Positions 28,392 through 37,746 of a DNA stretch of 53,558 nucleotides are shown in pieces. Numbering within the stretch: position 1 is the first letter of the stretch; each line of letters begins with the position of its first letter. The translations under genes were made by a program, and so were the position numbers. This DNA comes from Thermomicrobiales bacterium. GTDB taxonomy: Bacteria > Chloroflexota > Chloroflexia > Thermomicrobiales > CADCWN01. The stretch is from contig DATCMP010000489.1 of NCBI GenBank assembly GCA_036563365.1, forward strand, positions 1 through 53,558, read 5' to 3'. The notes beneath the pieces are model-generated. The model did no database searches and was not told the origin of the DNA. It worked only from the letters and a program-made list of their open reading frames with translations.

Positions 28392-29510
28392 ATGCATAAG
28401 GAAACGTTGGCGGTTCATGCCGGGCACGGTGTCGATCCGACGACCGGGGCGGTCTCGCCGCCGATCCATCTCTCGACCACATTCGAGCGTGGCGTCGATG
28501 GCTCGTACCCGACCGGTTACATCTATAGCCGCTCCGGCAATCCCAACCGGATGCAACTCGAAACGGCGCTGGCAACGATCGAGGGCGGGGCGGCGGCGGC
28601 GGCGTTCGCCTCCGGCTCGGCGGCGACCCTGGCGGTTTTTCAGGCGCTCGCGCCCGGCGACCACGTTGTTGCGCCGACCGATGCGTATCACGGCACGACG
28701 CGGATCCTGCGCGAGCTCCTCGCCCGTTGGGGGCTCGCGGCGACGTTCGTCGATATGACCGATCTGGCGGCAGTCGAGCGGGCGATCGAGCCCCGGACGA
28801 AAGTCGTCTGGATCGAGACGCCGTCGAATCCGTTGTTGCACGTCACCGATATCGCGGCGGTCGTGGCGATCGCCGGAGTCAGTGGCGTGCGCGTCGTCTG
28901 CGACAACACCTGGGCGACACCCGCGTTGCAGCAGCCCCTGGCGCACGGTGCCGATCTCGTCGTCCATTCCACGACCAAATACCTCGGCGGCCACAGCGAC
29001 GTCCTCAGCGGCGCGGTGGTGACGAAAGTAGAGGACGATTTCTTCGCGCGGGTCTGCGAGGTGCAGACGGTCGGTGGCGGCGTCGCCGCGCCATTCGACG
29101 CCTGGCTGGTCTCGCGCGGGATTCGCTCGCTCCACTGGCGTATGCGCGGCCATGTGGCGAATGCCGCCGCCGTTGCGGCGTTCCTGCACGACGATCAGCG
29201 GGTAGAGGCGGTCTATTACCCCGGCCTGCCCGACCACCCGAATCACGCGGTCGCCGCGCGGCAGATGAGCGGCTTCGGTGGGATGATCTCGTTCCAGCCC
29301 CATGGCGATGCGACGAACGCGTTGGCGATCGTCGGGCGGGCGCAGCTCTTCACGCGCGCCACCAGCCTCGGCGGCACCGAGAGCCTGATCGAGCATCGCG
29401 CCTCGGTCGAAGGGCCGCAGACGCGCACGCCGGGCAACCTCATCCGCATGTCGGTCGGCCTGGAACACGCCGATGATCTGATCGCGGATTTGGATCAGGC
29501 GCTCGGCTAG
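28392..29510 (+). CDS. Cys/Met-metabolism PLP-dependent enzyme (cystathionine gamma-synthase/beta-lyase family)
   Basis: YSRSGNPNR, and HSTTKYLGGHSD containing the PLP lysine. About 372 aa. Confidence 0.85.
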   Translation: MHKETLAVHAGHGVDPTTGAVSPPIHLSTTFERGVDGSYPTGYIYSRSGNPNRMQLETALATIEGGAAAAAFASGSAATLAVFQALAPGDHVVAPTDAYHGTTRILRELLARWGLAATFVDMTDLAAVERAIEPRTKVVWIETPSNPLLHVTDIAAVVAIAGVSGVRVVCDNTWATPALQQPLAHGADLVVHSTTKYLGGHSDVLSGAVVTKVEDDFFARVCEVQTVGGGVAAPFDAWLVSRGIRSLHWRMRGHVANAAAVAAFLHDDQRVEAVYYPGLPDHPNHAVAARQMSGFGGMISFQPHGDATNALAIVGRAQLFTRATSLGGTESLIEHRASVEGPQTRTPGNLIRMSVGLEHADDLIADLDQALG

Positions 29511-29631
29511 GTGATATCGTCGTGGTGGTGCCGATGTTGCGTCGGCGGCGAATAGCGCCGCGCCGATCGCTGTCGCTATGACCGATGCGCACGATGGTAT
29601 GGCGCGAATGATTGGGGAAAGGAGTACAGCG

Positions 29632-30027
29632 ATGGTAGCGATCCCCGAGAAGTATCACGATCTCTTGACGCGCCCCGTATTGCTCAGCTTGGCGACGCTC
29701 ATGCCGGATGGTCAGCCGCAGGTGACGCCGGTGTGGGGCGATTTCGATGGCACCTTTGTCCGGGTGAATACCGCCGCTGGTCGGCAGAAGCACAAGAATA
29801 TGGAAGAGCGCCCGCAAGTGACGGTGATGCTCCTCGATCCCGAAAACCCGCAGCGGTATATCGAAGTGCGTGGCAAGGTCACCACGATCAGCGCGGAGGG
29901 TGGTGACGCCCATATTGATGCGCTCGCCAAGAAATACCTCGGCACCGATAAGTACCCTTATGCCAACCCCGCCGACACGCGGGTTATTTGCTACATCGAG
30001 CCGGAACGCGTCATAGGTCAGGGTTAA
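29632..30027 (+). CDS. PPOX-class (pyridoxamine-5'-phosphate-oxidase fold) probable F420-dependent enzyme
   Basis: LLSLATLMPDGQPQVTPVWGDFDG..VRVNT, about 131 aa. GGAAAGGAG lies upstream of the ATG. Confidence 0.65.
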   Translation: MVAIPEKYHDLLTRPVLLSLATLMPDGQPQVTPVWGDFDGTFVRVNTAAGRQKHKNMEERPQVTVMLLDPENPQRYIEVRGKVTTISAEGGDAHIDALAKKYLGTDKYPYANPADTRVICYIEPERVIGQG

Positions 30028-30187
30028 TCTGGCGCGTGGGGGATGCGCGGCGGGTGGCTAACCCCGCCGCGTGTCGCCTACCCAAACGCTCTTCAGTCGA
30101 ATCCAGTGTCTGCCCGTGTCGCGGGCGACGTGACGTTTAATCGCCACCGCGACACGGGTGGATATAACGATTGGGGAGGAATGTGCG

Positions 30188-30658
30188 ATGGCCGAGACAA
30201 CACCGCAACCACGACGGCGTCCGCCCGATATTGCCTATAAAATAATCAATCCGATCCTCGGCTTCCTCCTCCGCTCGCCGTTGCATGGCCCGATCGGGAA
30301 GCGCCTGTTGCTGCTCGAATTTACCGGACGCAAGAGCGGTAAGGCGTATAGGTTGCCGGTCGCTTATGTGGCCGATGGCGAGAATCTCCTGCTCAGCACC
30401 CAGAGCCGTTGGAAAACGAATCTGCGCGGCGGTGCGCCCGTTGCCGTCTGGCTCGGGGGCAAGCGACGCACCGCCAGCGCCGAACTGATCGAAGATGCGG
30501 TCGGGCTGGCCGATACACTGGGGCGGATGGTGCGCGCCGAACCCAATTTCGGTCAGATTACCGGCGTCGGCGTCGGGCCAGATGGTCAAATACCCCGGAC
30601 TGATCTCGATCGCGTGCGATCGGAGGGCTTTGTGGGTATTCGTATCACCCTGGACTAG
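30188..30658 (+). CDS. Deazaflavin-dependent nitroreductase family (DUF385/Ddn-like) protein
   Basis: LLLLEFTGRKSGKAYRLPVAYVADGENLLLST...WKTNLRGGAPV pattern typical of the Ddn/FDOR-A family. Confidence 0.65.
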   Translation: MAETTPQPRRRPPDIAYKIINPILGFLLRSPLHGPIGKRLLLLEFTGRKSGKAYRLPVAYVADGENLLLSTQSRWKTNLRGGAPVAVWLGGKRRTASAELIEDAVGLADTLGRMVRAEPNFGQITGVGVGPDGQIPRTDLDRVRSEGFVGIRITLD

Positions 30659-30679
30659 AGGTATCGGGCGGGAGGTGAT

Positions 30680-31531
30680 ATGGCACGCACGATCCTGGTG
30701 ACCGGCGCAACCGGTAACGTCGGCGCGGCGCTGATCGAGCAGTTGCGGGACCGGGATGTGCGGATCGTCGCGGCGGTGCGCGATGTAGCACGGGCGCGAC
30801 AGCGACTCGGCGCGGGGATCGAGTACGTGCCGTTCGATTTCGCGCGCCCGGAGACATATGGCGCCTTCGCGGGGGTGGACCGGCTCTTCCTCGTCCGTCC
30901 CCCCGAGATCGCCGATGTGCGCGGCGTCATCGCCCCGGCGATCGATGCGGCGCGGCGAGCCGGGGTGCGGCAGGTCGTCTTCCTCTCCCTCCTCGGGGTG
31001 GAACGCAACCCGATCGTGCCGCATTACCGGATCGAAAAGGCGCTGCGCGAGTCGGGGATGGCCTGGACCTCCCTCCGCGCCAGCTACTTCATGCAGAATC
31101 TCGATACCATCCATCGCGAGGACGTGCGACGCGGCGAGATCGTGGTGCCAGCCGGTATGGGCAAGACCAGCTTCATCGATGTGCGAGACATCGCCGCAGT
31201 CGGCGCACTGGCCCTGACCGAGGATGGGCATGAGGATCGCGGGTATGCGCTGACTGGCGCGAGGGCGCTCAGTTACGCCGAAGTGGCCCGCCAATTCACC
31301 GCCGTACTCGGTCGGCCCGTTGTCTACCGCAATCCCTCGCCGATCGCTTATGCACGACATATGCGCGCGCAAGGGCATCCCTGGCCGTTCGTCTTGCTGA
31401 CGATCGCCTTGTATACGACAGCGCGACTCGGGCTCGCCGCCGCCGTCACCGACGATGTTGCGCGCCTCCTCGGACACCCACCTACGTCGTTACGGCGCTA
31501 TATCGAGGATTATCGGCGGGTCTGGGAATAA
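30680..31531 (+). CDS. NmrA-like / atypical SDR NAD(P)-binding protein
   Basis: ILVTGATGNVGAAL Rossmann motif; 283 aa. Confidence 0.75.
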   Translation: MARTILVTGATGNVGAALIEQLRDRDVRIVAAVRDVARARQRLGAGIEYVPFDFARPETYGAFAGVDRLFLVRPPEIADVRGVIAPAIDAARRAGVRQVVFLSLLGVERNPIVPHYRIEKALRESGMAWTSLRASYFMQNLDTIHREDVRRGEIVVPAGMGKTSFIDVRDIAAVGALALTEDGHEDRGYALTGARALSYAEVARQFTAVLGRPVVYRNPSPIAYARHMRAQGHPWPFVLLTIALYTTARLGLAAAVTDDVARLLGHPPTSLRRYIEDYRRVWE

Positions 31532-31566
31532 GCGGGCACGCCGCTTGCGGGGGTGGGGTGGCCTCG

Positions 31567-33618
31567 CTACCCGATCACGATCAGCTCGTCCGCCTCGTCC
31601 TCTTCCAGCGCCCCCTCGTCGTCCTCGAAGATCTCTTCCTCATCTTCTGCTTCAGGCTCCGGCTCCCAATTGTCGCGGTCCGGCTCGGCGAGGAGGATCG
31701 CGCTGGCGAGCGTCTCCCAGGCCGCTGGCGTGTCGCTGGTCGGTAGCTGGAAGATCGTCAGGTCGTGGGCGCGGCGACGGAGCCAGCCACCGAGCAACGC
31801 GGTCTCATCGATTGATTCGTGATCGGTCGGCGGCAGCATTTCCGCGTGCGCGCGAGACCATGAGCGTTGTAGTCGGGCCGCCACCGCTGCGGCCCTTTCG
31901 CGGCGTTCGACATGGGTGCGCGCCCAGAGGCGACCGCGAATCAGCAGCAGGACTTCCAAGGCGTCATCTTCGACCGCAGGGAGGACCAGGATCAAGTCAT
32001 CGGTCTGGGCCGCTGTGGTGATCAGCGCGCCTTCGCGGGCGATCGTGGTGAGGGTACGCTGCGCCCCTTCGAGTTGCGCCGCCTTCGCTGAGTAACCACG
32101 TCCCTGCAACGCGATCCGCTGCGCCTGGACGCGGTCGATCATCACCTGGGCATCGCCCGACAAGAACCGCAGCAAATCGGCGATCAGCGCGCCGTACTCC
32201 GCCTGCGTCGTCTTGCCGACACACGGGCCGAGGCATTGCCCGAGGGTGAGCCGCATACATGGGGCCCAGCGCGCCTCCGGCACCCGCGCACGCGGGCGAC
32301 AGGTGCGGATCGGCAGGATATCGGTGATCGTTTCGAGGGCGCGGCGCACGGCGCGCGGGTTGCGGAACGGGCCGAAATAGGCGGCACCGTCGTCGGCCCG
32401 GCGACGGGTACGGCGGACGCGCGGCCAGGCATCGGCCAGCTCGACCTTGATGTAGGGGTATTGCTCGTAGCGCCGCCCCTGGACGTTGTAACGGGGCATG
32501 TAACGGCGGATCAGCTGCGATTCGAGTAACAGCGCTTCCAGTTCCGACCCGACGATGATCGTCTCGATCCGCGCGATCGATTCGAGCAGGCCCGGCTTCT
32601 TCGTCTCACCCAAGCCCTGCGAATAATACGACCCGACGCGGTTGCGAAGATCTTTCGCCTTGCCGACGTAGATGATCGTGTCGCGGGCATCGCGCATCAG
32701 GTAGCAGCCCGGCAAATGGGGGATGGCGTTTAACCAGGCGGGGTCCATCACCGAGCGCCCGCGCCCGACCGAGGTCTGCGTATCCTCTCCCGCGTAGGCG
32801 CTGCCGCGCGCCCCGCCGACCCGCAGGAGATCGTCCAGGGTGTGCAGCCCGCGTTCGGGCGCGCGGGCCAAGAGCGCGGACAGCACCGCCGCCGTCACGC
32901 GCACGTCGGCTTCGGCGCGATGGCGATTGCCCGCCACGCGTACCCCCAGGGCTCGCGCCACGGCATCGAGATTCCAGCGGCGTTGCCCGCTCAAGACGCG
33001 CTGCGCCAGCGAGAGGGTATCGAGGCGCGCGTTGAGGCTGCTCGATCGTTCGGCGCGGCGTAGCTCGGCATCGAGAAAGGCGAGATCGAACGAGATGTTG
33101 TGGCCGACGATCAGATCGTCGCCGAGGAAGGCGAGCAGCGGATCGGCGATCTCGGCGAAACGCGGCGCATCGGCCAGCAGGTCGTCGGTGATCCGGGTCA
33201 GCGAGACGATTTGGCTTGGTAAGGCGCGGTCGGGTTGTACGAGGGTGCTGAAAACGTCGTCCTCGCGCCCGCCCCGATAACGGATCGCCGCGACCTCGAT
33301 GATCCGCTGACTGTACGGTTTAAGCCCCGTTGTCTCTACATCGAAGACGACATAATCGAGATTTTCGAGATTTTGGTCGCCGACCGGCTTGGGCTGCCTC
33401 CCGGCCAGTTGCCAGGAGCCATTCGCCAGTTGCTCGAACTGCGGTTCCCCCTCGGGGGCGACCAGCAGCTGCTTCAGCAACGAGCGCCAGAGCGCTGGTG
33501 AGCCGGCGGAACCGAAGACGTGGCCGATCAGTGTGTCTTCGTCGACCGCCCCGCCGCGCGCCAGGAGGAACCCCTTCACTTTTTCGCGGAGACTCGGATA
33601 CCCGGCGCTCACTCTCAC
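31567..33618 (-). CDS. DEDDh 3'-5' exonuclease (DnaQ-like) fused to a GIY-YIG (UvrC/Cho N-terminal-like) nuclease, with an acidic C-terminal tail
   Basis: Exonuclease motifs VVFDVETTGL, GHNISFDLAFL, HRAEADV. GIY-YIG motif GCYLMRDARDTIIYVGKAKDLRNRVGSYY. Start probably GTG at 33618 or 33612, after GAGGG. Tail: EPEPEAEDEEEIFEDDEGALEEDEADELIVIG. Confidence 0.8.
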   Translation of the reverse strand: MRVSAGYPSLREKVKGFLLARGGAVDEDTLIGHVFGSAGSPALWRSLLKQLLVAPEGEPQFEQLANGSWQLAGRQPKPVGDQNLENLDYVVFDVETTGLKPYSQRIIEVAAIRYRGGREDDVFSTLVQPDRALPSQIVSLTRITDDLLADAPRFAEIADPLLAFLGDDLIVGHNISFDLAFLDAELRRAERSSSLNARLDTLSLAQRVLSGQRRWNLDAVARALGVRVAGNRHRAEADVRVTAAVLSALLARAPERGLHTLDDLLRVGGARGSAYAGEDTQTSVGRGRSVMDPAWLNAIPHLPGCYLMRDARDTIIYVGKAKDLRNRVGSYYSQGLGETKKPGLLESIARIETIIVGSELEALLLESQLIRRYMPRYNVQGRRYEQYPYIKVELADAWPRVRRTRRRADDGAAYFGPFRNPRAVRRALETITDILPIRTCRPRARVPEARWAPCMRLTLGQCLGPCVGKTTQAEYGALIADLLRFLSGDAQVMIDRVQAQRIALQGRGYSAKAAQLEGAQRTLTTIAREGALITTAAQTDDLILVLPAVEDDALEVLLLIRGRLWARTHVERRERAAAVAARLQRSWSRAHAEMLPPTDHESIDETALLGGWLRRRAHDLTIFQLPTSDTPAAWETLASAILLAEPDRDNWEPEPEAEDEEEIFEDDEGALEEDEADELIVIG

Positions 33619-33656
33619 CCTCGTCGCTAGTACGGACAGTGCAGGGCAAGAGTATA

Positions 33657-33668
33657 GCACGCGCGTTC
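33657..33668 (-). promoter_or_regulatory. Possible LexA (Cheo-type) box overlapping a TATACT -10 element
   Basis: The minus strand reads GAACGCGCGTGC followed directly by TATACT, about 30-40 nt upstream of the nuclease start. It has one mismatch to GAAC-N4-GTTC. Confidence 0.25.
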
Positions 33669-33882
33669 GCTGAGCTTTGCTCCAAAGATCCTCACCAGAA
33701 GCCCCTTGGATTAGTGTGTTATTTAATAGTAATATGAATACTATACGGAGATTCCTCATTCGCGCCTAACGGTGCAGGGCGCGAAGAACCATCCGTGGGC
33801 AAGAGGACACGGCGGCGTCAGTCAACGGCTAGCTTGGTAAGGGCTCGATCGCTTGATACAGCAAGGGAAAGGATGGGCGAGG

Positions 33883-34815
33883 ATGGCGGCGAACGCCAGC
33901 GAGAAGCGGCAAGCACTTGCGCCCGTACAGGGGCGCTATTCGGCCGGTGTCGTTACTTCAACCGATGGCACCCGCCTCGGCTATCGCCAACTCGGCACCG
34001 GGCCGGGTGTGGTCGTGCTACACGGCACGATGGAGTCGGCGGAAAGCCACATGCAACTCGCCGAAGCGCTCGCGGATACCTTCACCGTCTATTTGCTCGA
34101 CCGACGCGGTCGCGGTTTGAGCGGGCCAACCGGCGAGGGTTATGGCCTCGAGAAGGAGATCGCGGATGTGGCCGCGCTGCTCGCGAAAACGGGGGCAGCG
34201 TACCTCTTCGGAGTCAGCTCGGGGGGAATCATCGCCCTGCGGGCGGCGCTCGCCCTGCCCGTCATCCAGAAGATCGCGATCTACGAACCGCCGCTCTTCG
34301 TCGGCGAGCCCCTTCCGGCCGCGCTGCTGTCGCGTTACGAGGAGGAGATGGCCGAGGGGAAGGTTGCTGCGGCGCTGACCACGGCGATGCTCGCGGCCCA
34401 GATGGGGCCGCCGATCTTCCGCCGTATCCCCCGCACGCTGCTCGAATTGCTCACGAGGCTAGCGATGCGGAGCGAGGACAAGAAGGCTAAGCCCGGCGAC
34501 GTGACGATGCGGATGTTGGCCCCGACGCTGCATAATGATTTCCGCCTGGTCGTCGAGATGGCCGACAAGATCGATAACGTCAAGGAGATACGGACCGAGG
34601 TGCTGTTGCTCGGTGGTAGCAACAGCCCGGCCTACCTGAAGGCCGCCCTCGATGCCCTGGCACGGGCCATACCGGGCGTGCAACGGACGGAGTTTGCCGG
34701 GCTCAATCATGGCGGTTCGGGGAATAGCAACCGGGGCGGTCGACCCGAACGGGTGGCCCAGGAACTCTGCCGCTTCTTCGCCCGACCGGGATCGGAAATT
34801 GGAGCAACTCTCTGA
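33883..34815 (+). CDS. Alpha/beta-fold hydrolase
   Basis: VVVLHGT, nucleophile elbow FGVSSGG, C-terminal NHGG. Confidence 0.75.
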   Translation: MAANASEKRQALAPVQGRYSAGVVTSTDGTRLGYRQLGTGPGVVVLHGTMESAESHMQLAEALADTFTVYLLDRRGRGLSGPTGEGYGLEKEIADVAALLAKTGAAYLFGVSSGGIIALRAALALPVIQKIAIYEPPLFVGEPLPAALLSRYEEEMAEGKVAAALTTAMLAAQMGPPIFRRIPRTLLELLTRLAMRSEDKKAKPGDVTMRMLAPTLHNDFRLVVEMADKIDNVKEIRTEVLLLGGSNSPAYLKAALDALARAIPGVQRTEFAGLNHGGSGNSNRGGRPERVAQELCRFFARPGSEIGATL

Positions 34816-35435
34816 TGGCGCGTTCATTCCAGCGTTCCCCACTCGCCTTGGCGATCCTGGCGCTCCTCTACGAGGCACCGATGCACCCATACGAGATGCA
34901 ACGCCTGATCAAGGAGCGTGGCAAAGATGAGGTCATCAATGTGCGCCAACGGGCGAGCCTCTATCAGACGATCGAGCGCCTGTCGCGGGCGGGGCTCATC
35001 AGGGTTCTGGAAACGACCCGGGCTGAGAATCGCCCCGAACGGACCGTGTATGCCCTGACCGCTACCGGTCGCGAAACGACGCTGCGCTGGATTCGCGAGA
35101 TGATCGCGACGCCGGAGCGCGACTTCCCCGATTTCCCGGCGGCGCTCGCGCAACTGGCCTTGCTGACGCCCGACGACACGCGCCAGCAGTTGTCCTTGCG
35201 CGCCGAGGCATTGCGGCGGGAGCAGCAGCGGATCGAGGATCTGCTGCGCCGTGCCGCCACCTTCCTGCCGCGCCTGTTCGCCCTGGAGACGGAATACCAA
35301 TCGCGCGTGCTAGAGGCCGAACTTGCCTGGGTACATTCTCTCGTCGCCGATCTCGCGGATGGCACGCTGACATGGGATGAGGCGGAAATCCGCAAACTGG
35401 CCGCGGAACTCAGCCCGGTGAAAGGAGGGGACTAA
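34815..35435 (+). CDS. PadR family transcriptional regulator
   Basis: LALAILALLYEAPMHPYEMQRLIKERG...RASLYQTIERLSRAGLI...RTVYALTATG winged-helix pattern. The start overlaps the hydrolase stop (TGATG). Confidence 0.85.
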   Translation: MARSFQRSPLALAILALLYEAPMHPYEMQRLIKERGKDEVINVRQRASLYQTIERLSRAGLIRVLETTRAENRPERTVYALTATGRETTLRWIREMIATPERDFPDFPAALAQLALLTPDDTRQQLSLRAEALRREQQRIEDLLRRAATFLPRLFALETEYQSRVLEAELAWVHSLVADLADGTLTWDEAEIRKLAAELSPVKGGD

Positions 35436-35450
35436 TGGCATGAACGACCG

Positions 35451-35480
35451 CCCTGGCCGGTGCTGGAACACCGGCCAGGG
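35451..35480 (+). terminator. Stem-loop after padR
   Basis: ccctggccggtg / caccggccaggg forms a perfect 12-bp stem with a 6-nt loop, 16 nt after the stop. Confidence 0.6.
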
Positions 35481-35616
35481 CAGCAAGAACCATGAGCCGG
35501 GCTCGCGGGGCGATCCTCGATACTCACAGCCGCAACGCAAGTGTATCAGGGCGCTCCCGACGGGCCAACACTCGTCGCATTGTTCGATCGATTCGAGAGA
35601 TCGGAGGAGTACGCCC

Positions 35617-36963
35617 ATGTCCGCGACACCACTGCACGTCCTGATCATCGGCGCCGGCACCGGTGGCCTCTGTCTGGCGCACGGCCTCAAACGGGCCGGG
35701 ATCAGCGTCGCCGTCTACGAGCGAGATCGCACCCGCGCCGACGGCCTGCATGGTTACCGCGTCGGGATCGACCCCGACGGTAGCCGCGCCCTGCACGCCT
35801 GCCTACCGCCCGAACTCTACGACACCTTCGTGGCGACCTGTGCCCGCGCCCCGCGTTATCTCAACATGCTGACCGAGGGGCTGAACGAGTTCCTTTCCCT
35901 GCCCGTCCCCGCGCCGACCGATCCAATCGAGAGCGAGAAGTCGGTCAGCCGGATGACGCTGCGGCAAATTTTGCTCACCGGTGTCGAAGAAATCGTTCAC
36001 TTCGATAAGATGTTCGTGCGCTACGAGCAGGGGACCGATGGCAAGGTGACCGCGCACTTCGCGGATGGCACCTCCGCGACCGGCGATCTGCTGATCGCGG
36101 CCGATGGCACCAACTCGCGGGTCCGACGGCAATATTTCCCCGAGGCGCGACTGGAAGACTCCGGTATTCTCGCCATCGCCGCGAAGCTGCCGTTGACGCA
36201 AGAAACCGGTGCCTTGCTCCCGCCGAAAGTTTTCAACGGTATCTCGCTGATCTTCGCTCCGAAGGGCTATAGCTGCATCGTGCATGTCATGGAGTTCAAG
36301 TGGGGCCGTGATCGCGCGCTGAAGCAGGGGATCGGTGGCAGCGATGCCGCGCTGATCGGTCGCTGGCCGGGATTGCTCTACGATAATACCGCCGACTACA
36401 TTAATTGGGGCTTCAGCGCCGCCGCCCGACACTTCCCGTCGGACCTGATGCAGCTGAGCGGCGAGGATCTCATTCGTTTGACGTTGGCGATGACGCCTAA
36501 CTGGCACCCGCACCTCCGCGAACTTTTCCGCCGAGGCGACCCCACCACCTGTTTCGCGATCAACATCCGCACCTCCGTCCCGCTCCCACCCTGGCGGCCG
36601 AGCAATGTGACCCTGCTCGGCGATGCCATCCACACGATGACGCCTGGGCGGGGTGTCGGGGCCAATACCGCTCTGCGCGACGCCGATCTGCTGCGACATA
36701 AGCTGATCGCCGTGCGCGACGGACACATGGCGCTCTTGCCCGCGATCGGCGATTACGAGGCGCAGATGCGTGAATATGGGTTCGACGCGGTATTGAAATC
36801 ACGCGAGCAGATGGACGGCAATGCGGCGATCCACAAGCCGATCATCGGGCGCGCGGTGCTGGCCGGGATGCGGACCGGTATGCGCGTCGTCAACGCCGTA
36901 CCGCTGTTGAAGCGCCGGATTGCCGACAATATGATGCAATATCGTGGGGCGGAGCGGGCGTAG
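35617..36963 (+). CDS. FAD-dependent aromatic-ring monooxygenase family protein
   Basis: VLIIGAGTGGLCLAHGLKRAGISVAVYERD dinucleotide fold and LLGDAIHTMTPGRGVGANTALRDA motif. GGAGGAG lies upstream of ATG 35617. Confidence 0.8.
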   Translation: MSATPLHVLIIGAGTGGLCLAHGLKRAGISVAVYERDRTRADGLHGYRVGIDPDGSRALHACLPPELYDTFVATCARAPRYLNMLTEGLNEFLSLPVPAPTDPIESEKSVSRMTLRQILLTGVEEIVHFDKMFVRYEQGTDGKVTAHFADGTSATGDLLIAADGTNSRVRRQYFPEARLEDSGILAIAAKLPLTQETGALLPPKVFNGISLIFAPKGYSCIVHVMEFKWGRDRALKQGIGGSDAALIGRWPGLLYDNTADYINWGFSAAARHFPSDLMQLSGEDLIRLTLAMTPNWHPHLRELFRRGDPTTCFAINIRTSVPLPPWRPSNVTLLGDAIHTMTPGRGVGANTALRDADLLRHKLIAVRDGHMALLPAIGDYEAQMREYGFDAVLKSREQMDGNAAIHKPIIGRAVLAGMRTGMRVVNAVPLLKRRIADNMMQYRGAERA

Positions 36964-36977
36964 GTAGGCGCTGCGTA

Positions 36978-37599
36978 TCAGTGGGTGATCGAGGCGTGGG
37001 CGGTTCGCAAACCGCCCACGCCGGGGGCTAGTTTTCTCCCCTGAAGCGGGAGGATGGCGGCGCGAGTGGTGAGTCGCCCGAAGCGTCCAGGCCCATCGGT
37101 CTTCAGACGCAGGAGGATCTGGCGTCCGACGGGATGGGCGCTCGTGGCCGTTTGCATGAGGTCGGTCATCTTGCGGGCGATCAGGAACTGCTGATAGCGG
37201 AGCATGTCGAGCAGCGGCCCGGCGCAGATGACGGCGCGGAAGAGGCCGGGGCGTTGCGTCAGCGCTGCCCCGACGAGCAGATCGCCGTTGCTGCCACCGC
37301 GAATACTGAGGTGCGCGGGGCCGGTTCACCCGGCGGCGATCAGCCGTTCGCCCGCCGCGATGAAGTCCTCGAAGACGCGCTGCTTCTCCCCGCGCATCCC
37401 CGCGCGACGCCACGATTCGCCGTAGTCGCTGCCGCGGCGCAGGCAAGGCTGGGCCACGATCTGGCGGTAGGCGTTTTGCGCGGTGGCCCCGGGCGCGTCG
37501 GGCGATCTCCTCTTCCAACCAGCGATAGGGGTCGGTGCTCGCCTCGCCGTGGAGGGTGCCAATGACCGGTATAGTGGCAGTCGGCGGGACTGTTGGCAT
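36978..37599 (-). pseudogene. Eroded prolyl oligopeptidase (S9A) gene remnant
   Basis: Fragments lie in two frames. First, MPTVPP..GEASTDPYRWLEEE, with AAGGAG upstream. After a frameshift, SPDAPGATAQNAY runs directly into GSDYGESWRRAGMRGEKQRVFEDFIAAGERLIAAG. An in-frame TGA (37326-37328) follows, then [47 protein letters not shown] and ILLRLKTD. About 0.6 kb remains where an intact enzyme needs about 2 kb. Confidence 0.7.
36993..37022. terminator. Stem-loop between the monooxygenase and the pseudogene remnant
   Basis: ggcgtgggcggtt cgca aaccgcccacgcc forms a perfect 13-bp stem with a tetraloop. Confidence 0.6.
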
Positions 37600-37746
37600 C
37601 TCGCTGACTCCTTGTCGGGGGATAGCCCTCGGTGCGCTACCTCTGTGGTGGTAGCGTTTTGCCCATCCGACGAAGGGGTGGGAGGGTGGAGAACCACAGC
37701 GATATCCGTTGTAAACTACGGGCGGAACGGATGAAGTGAGGGCATC

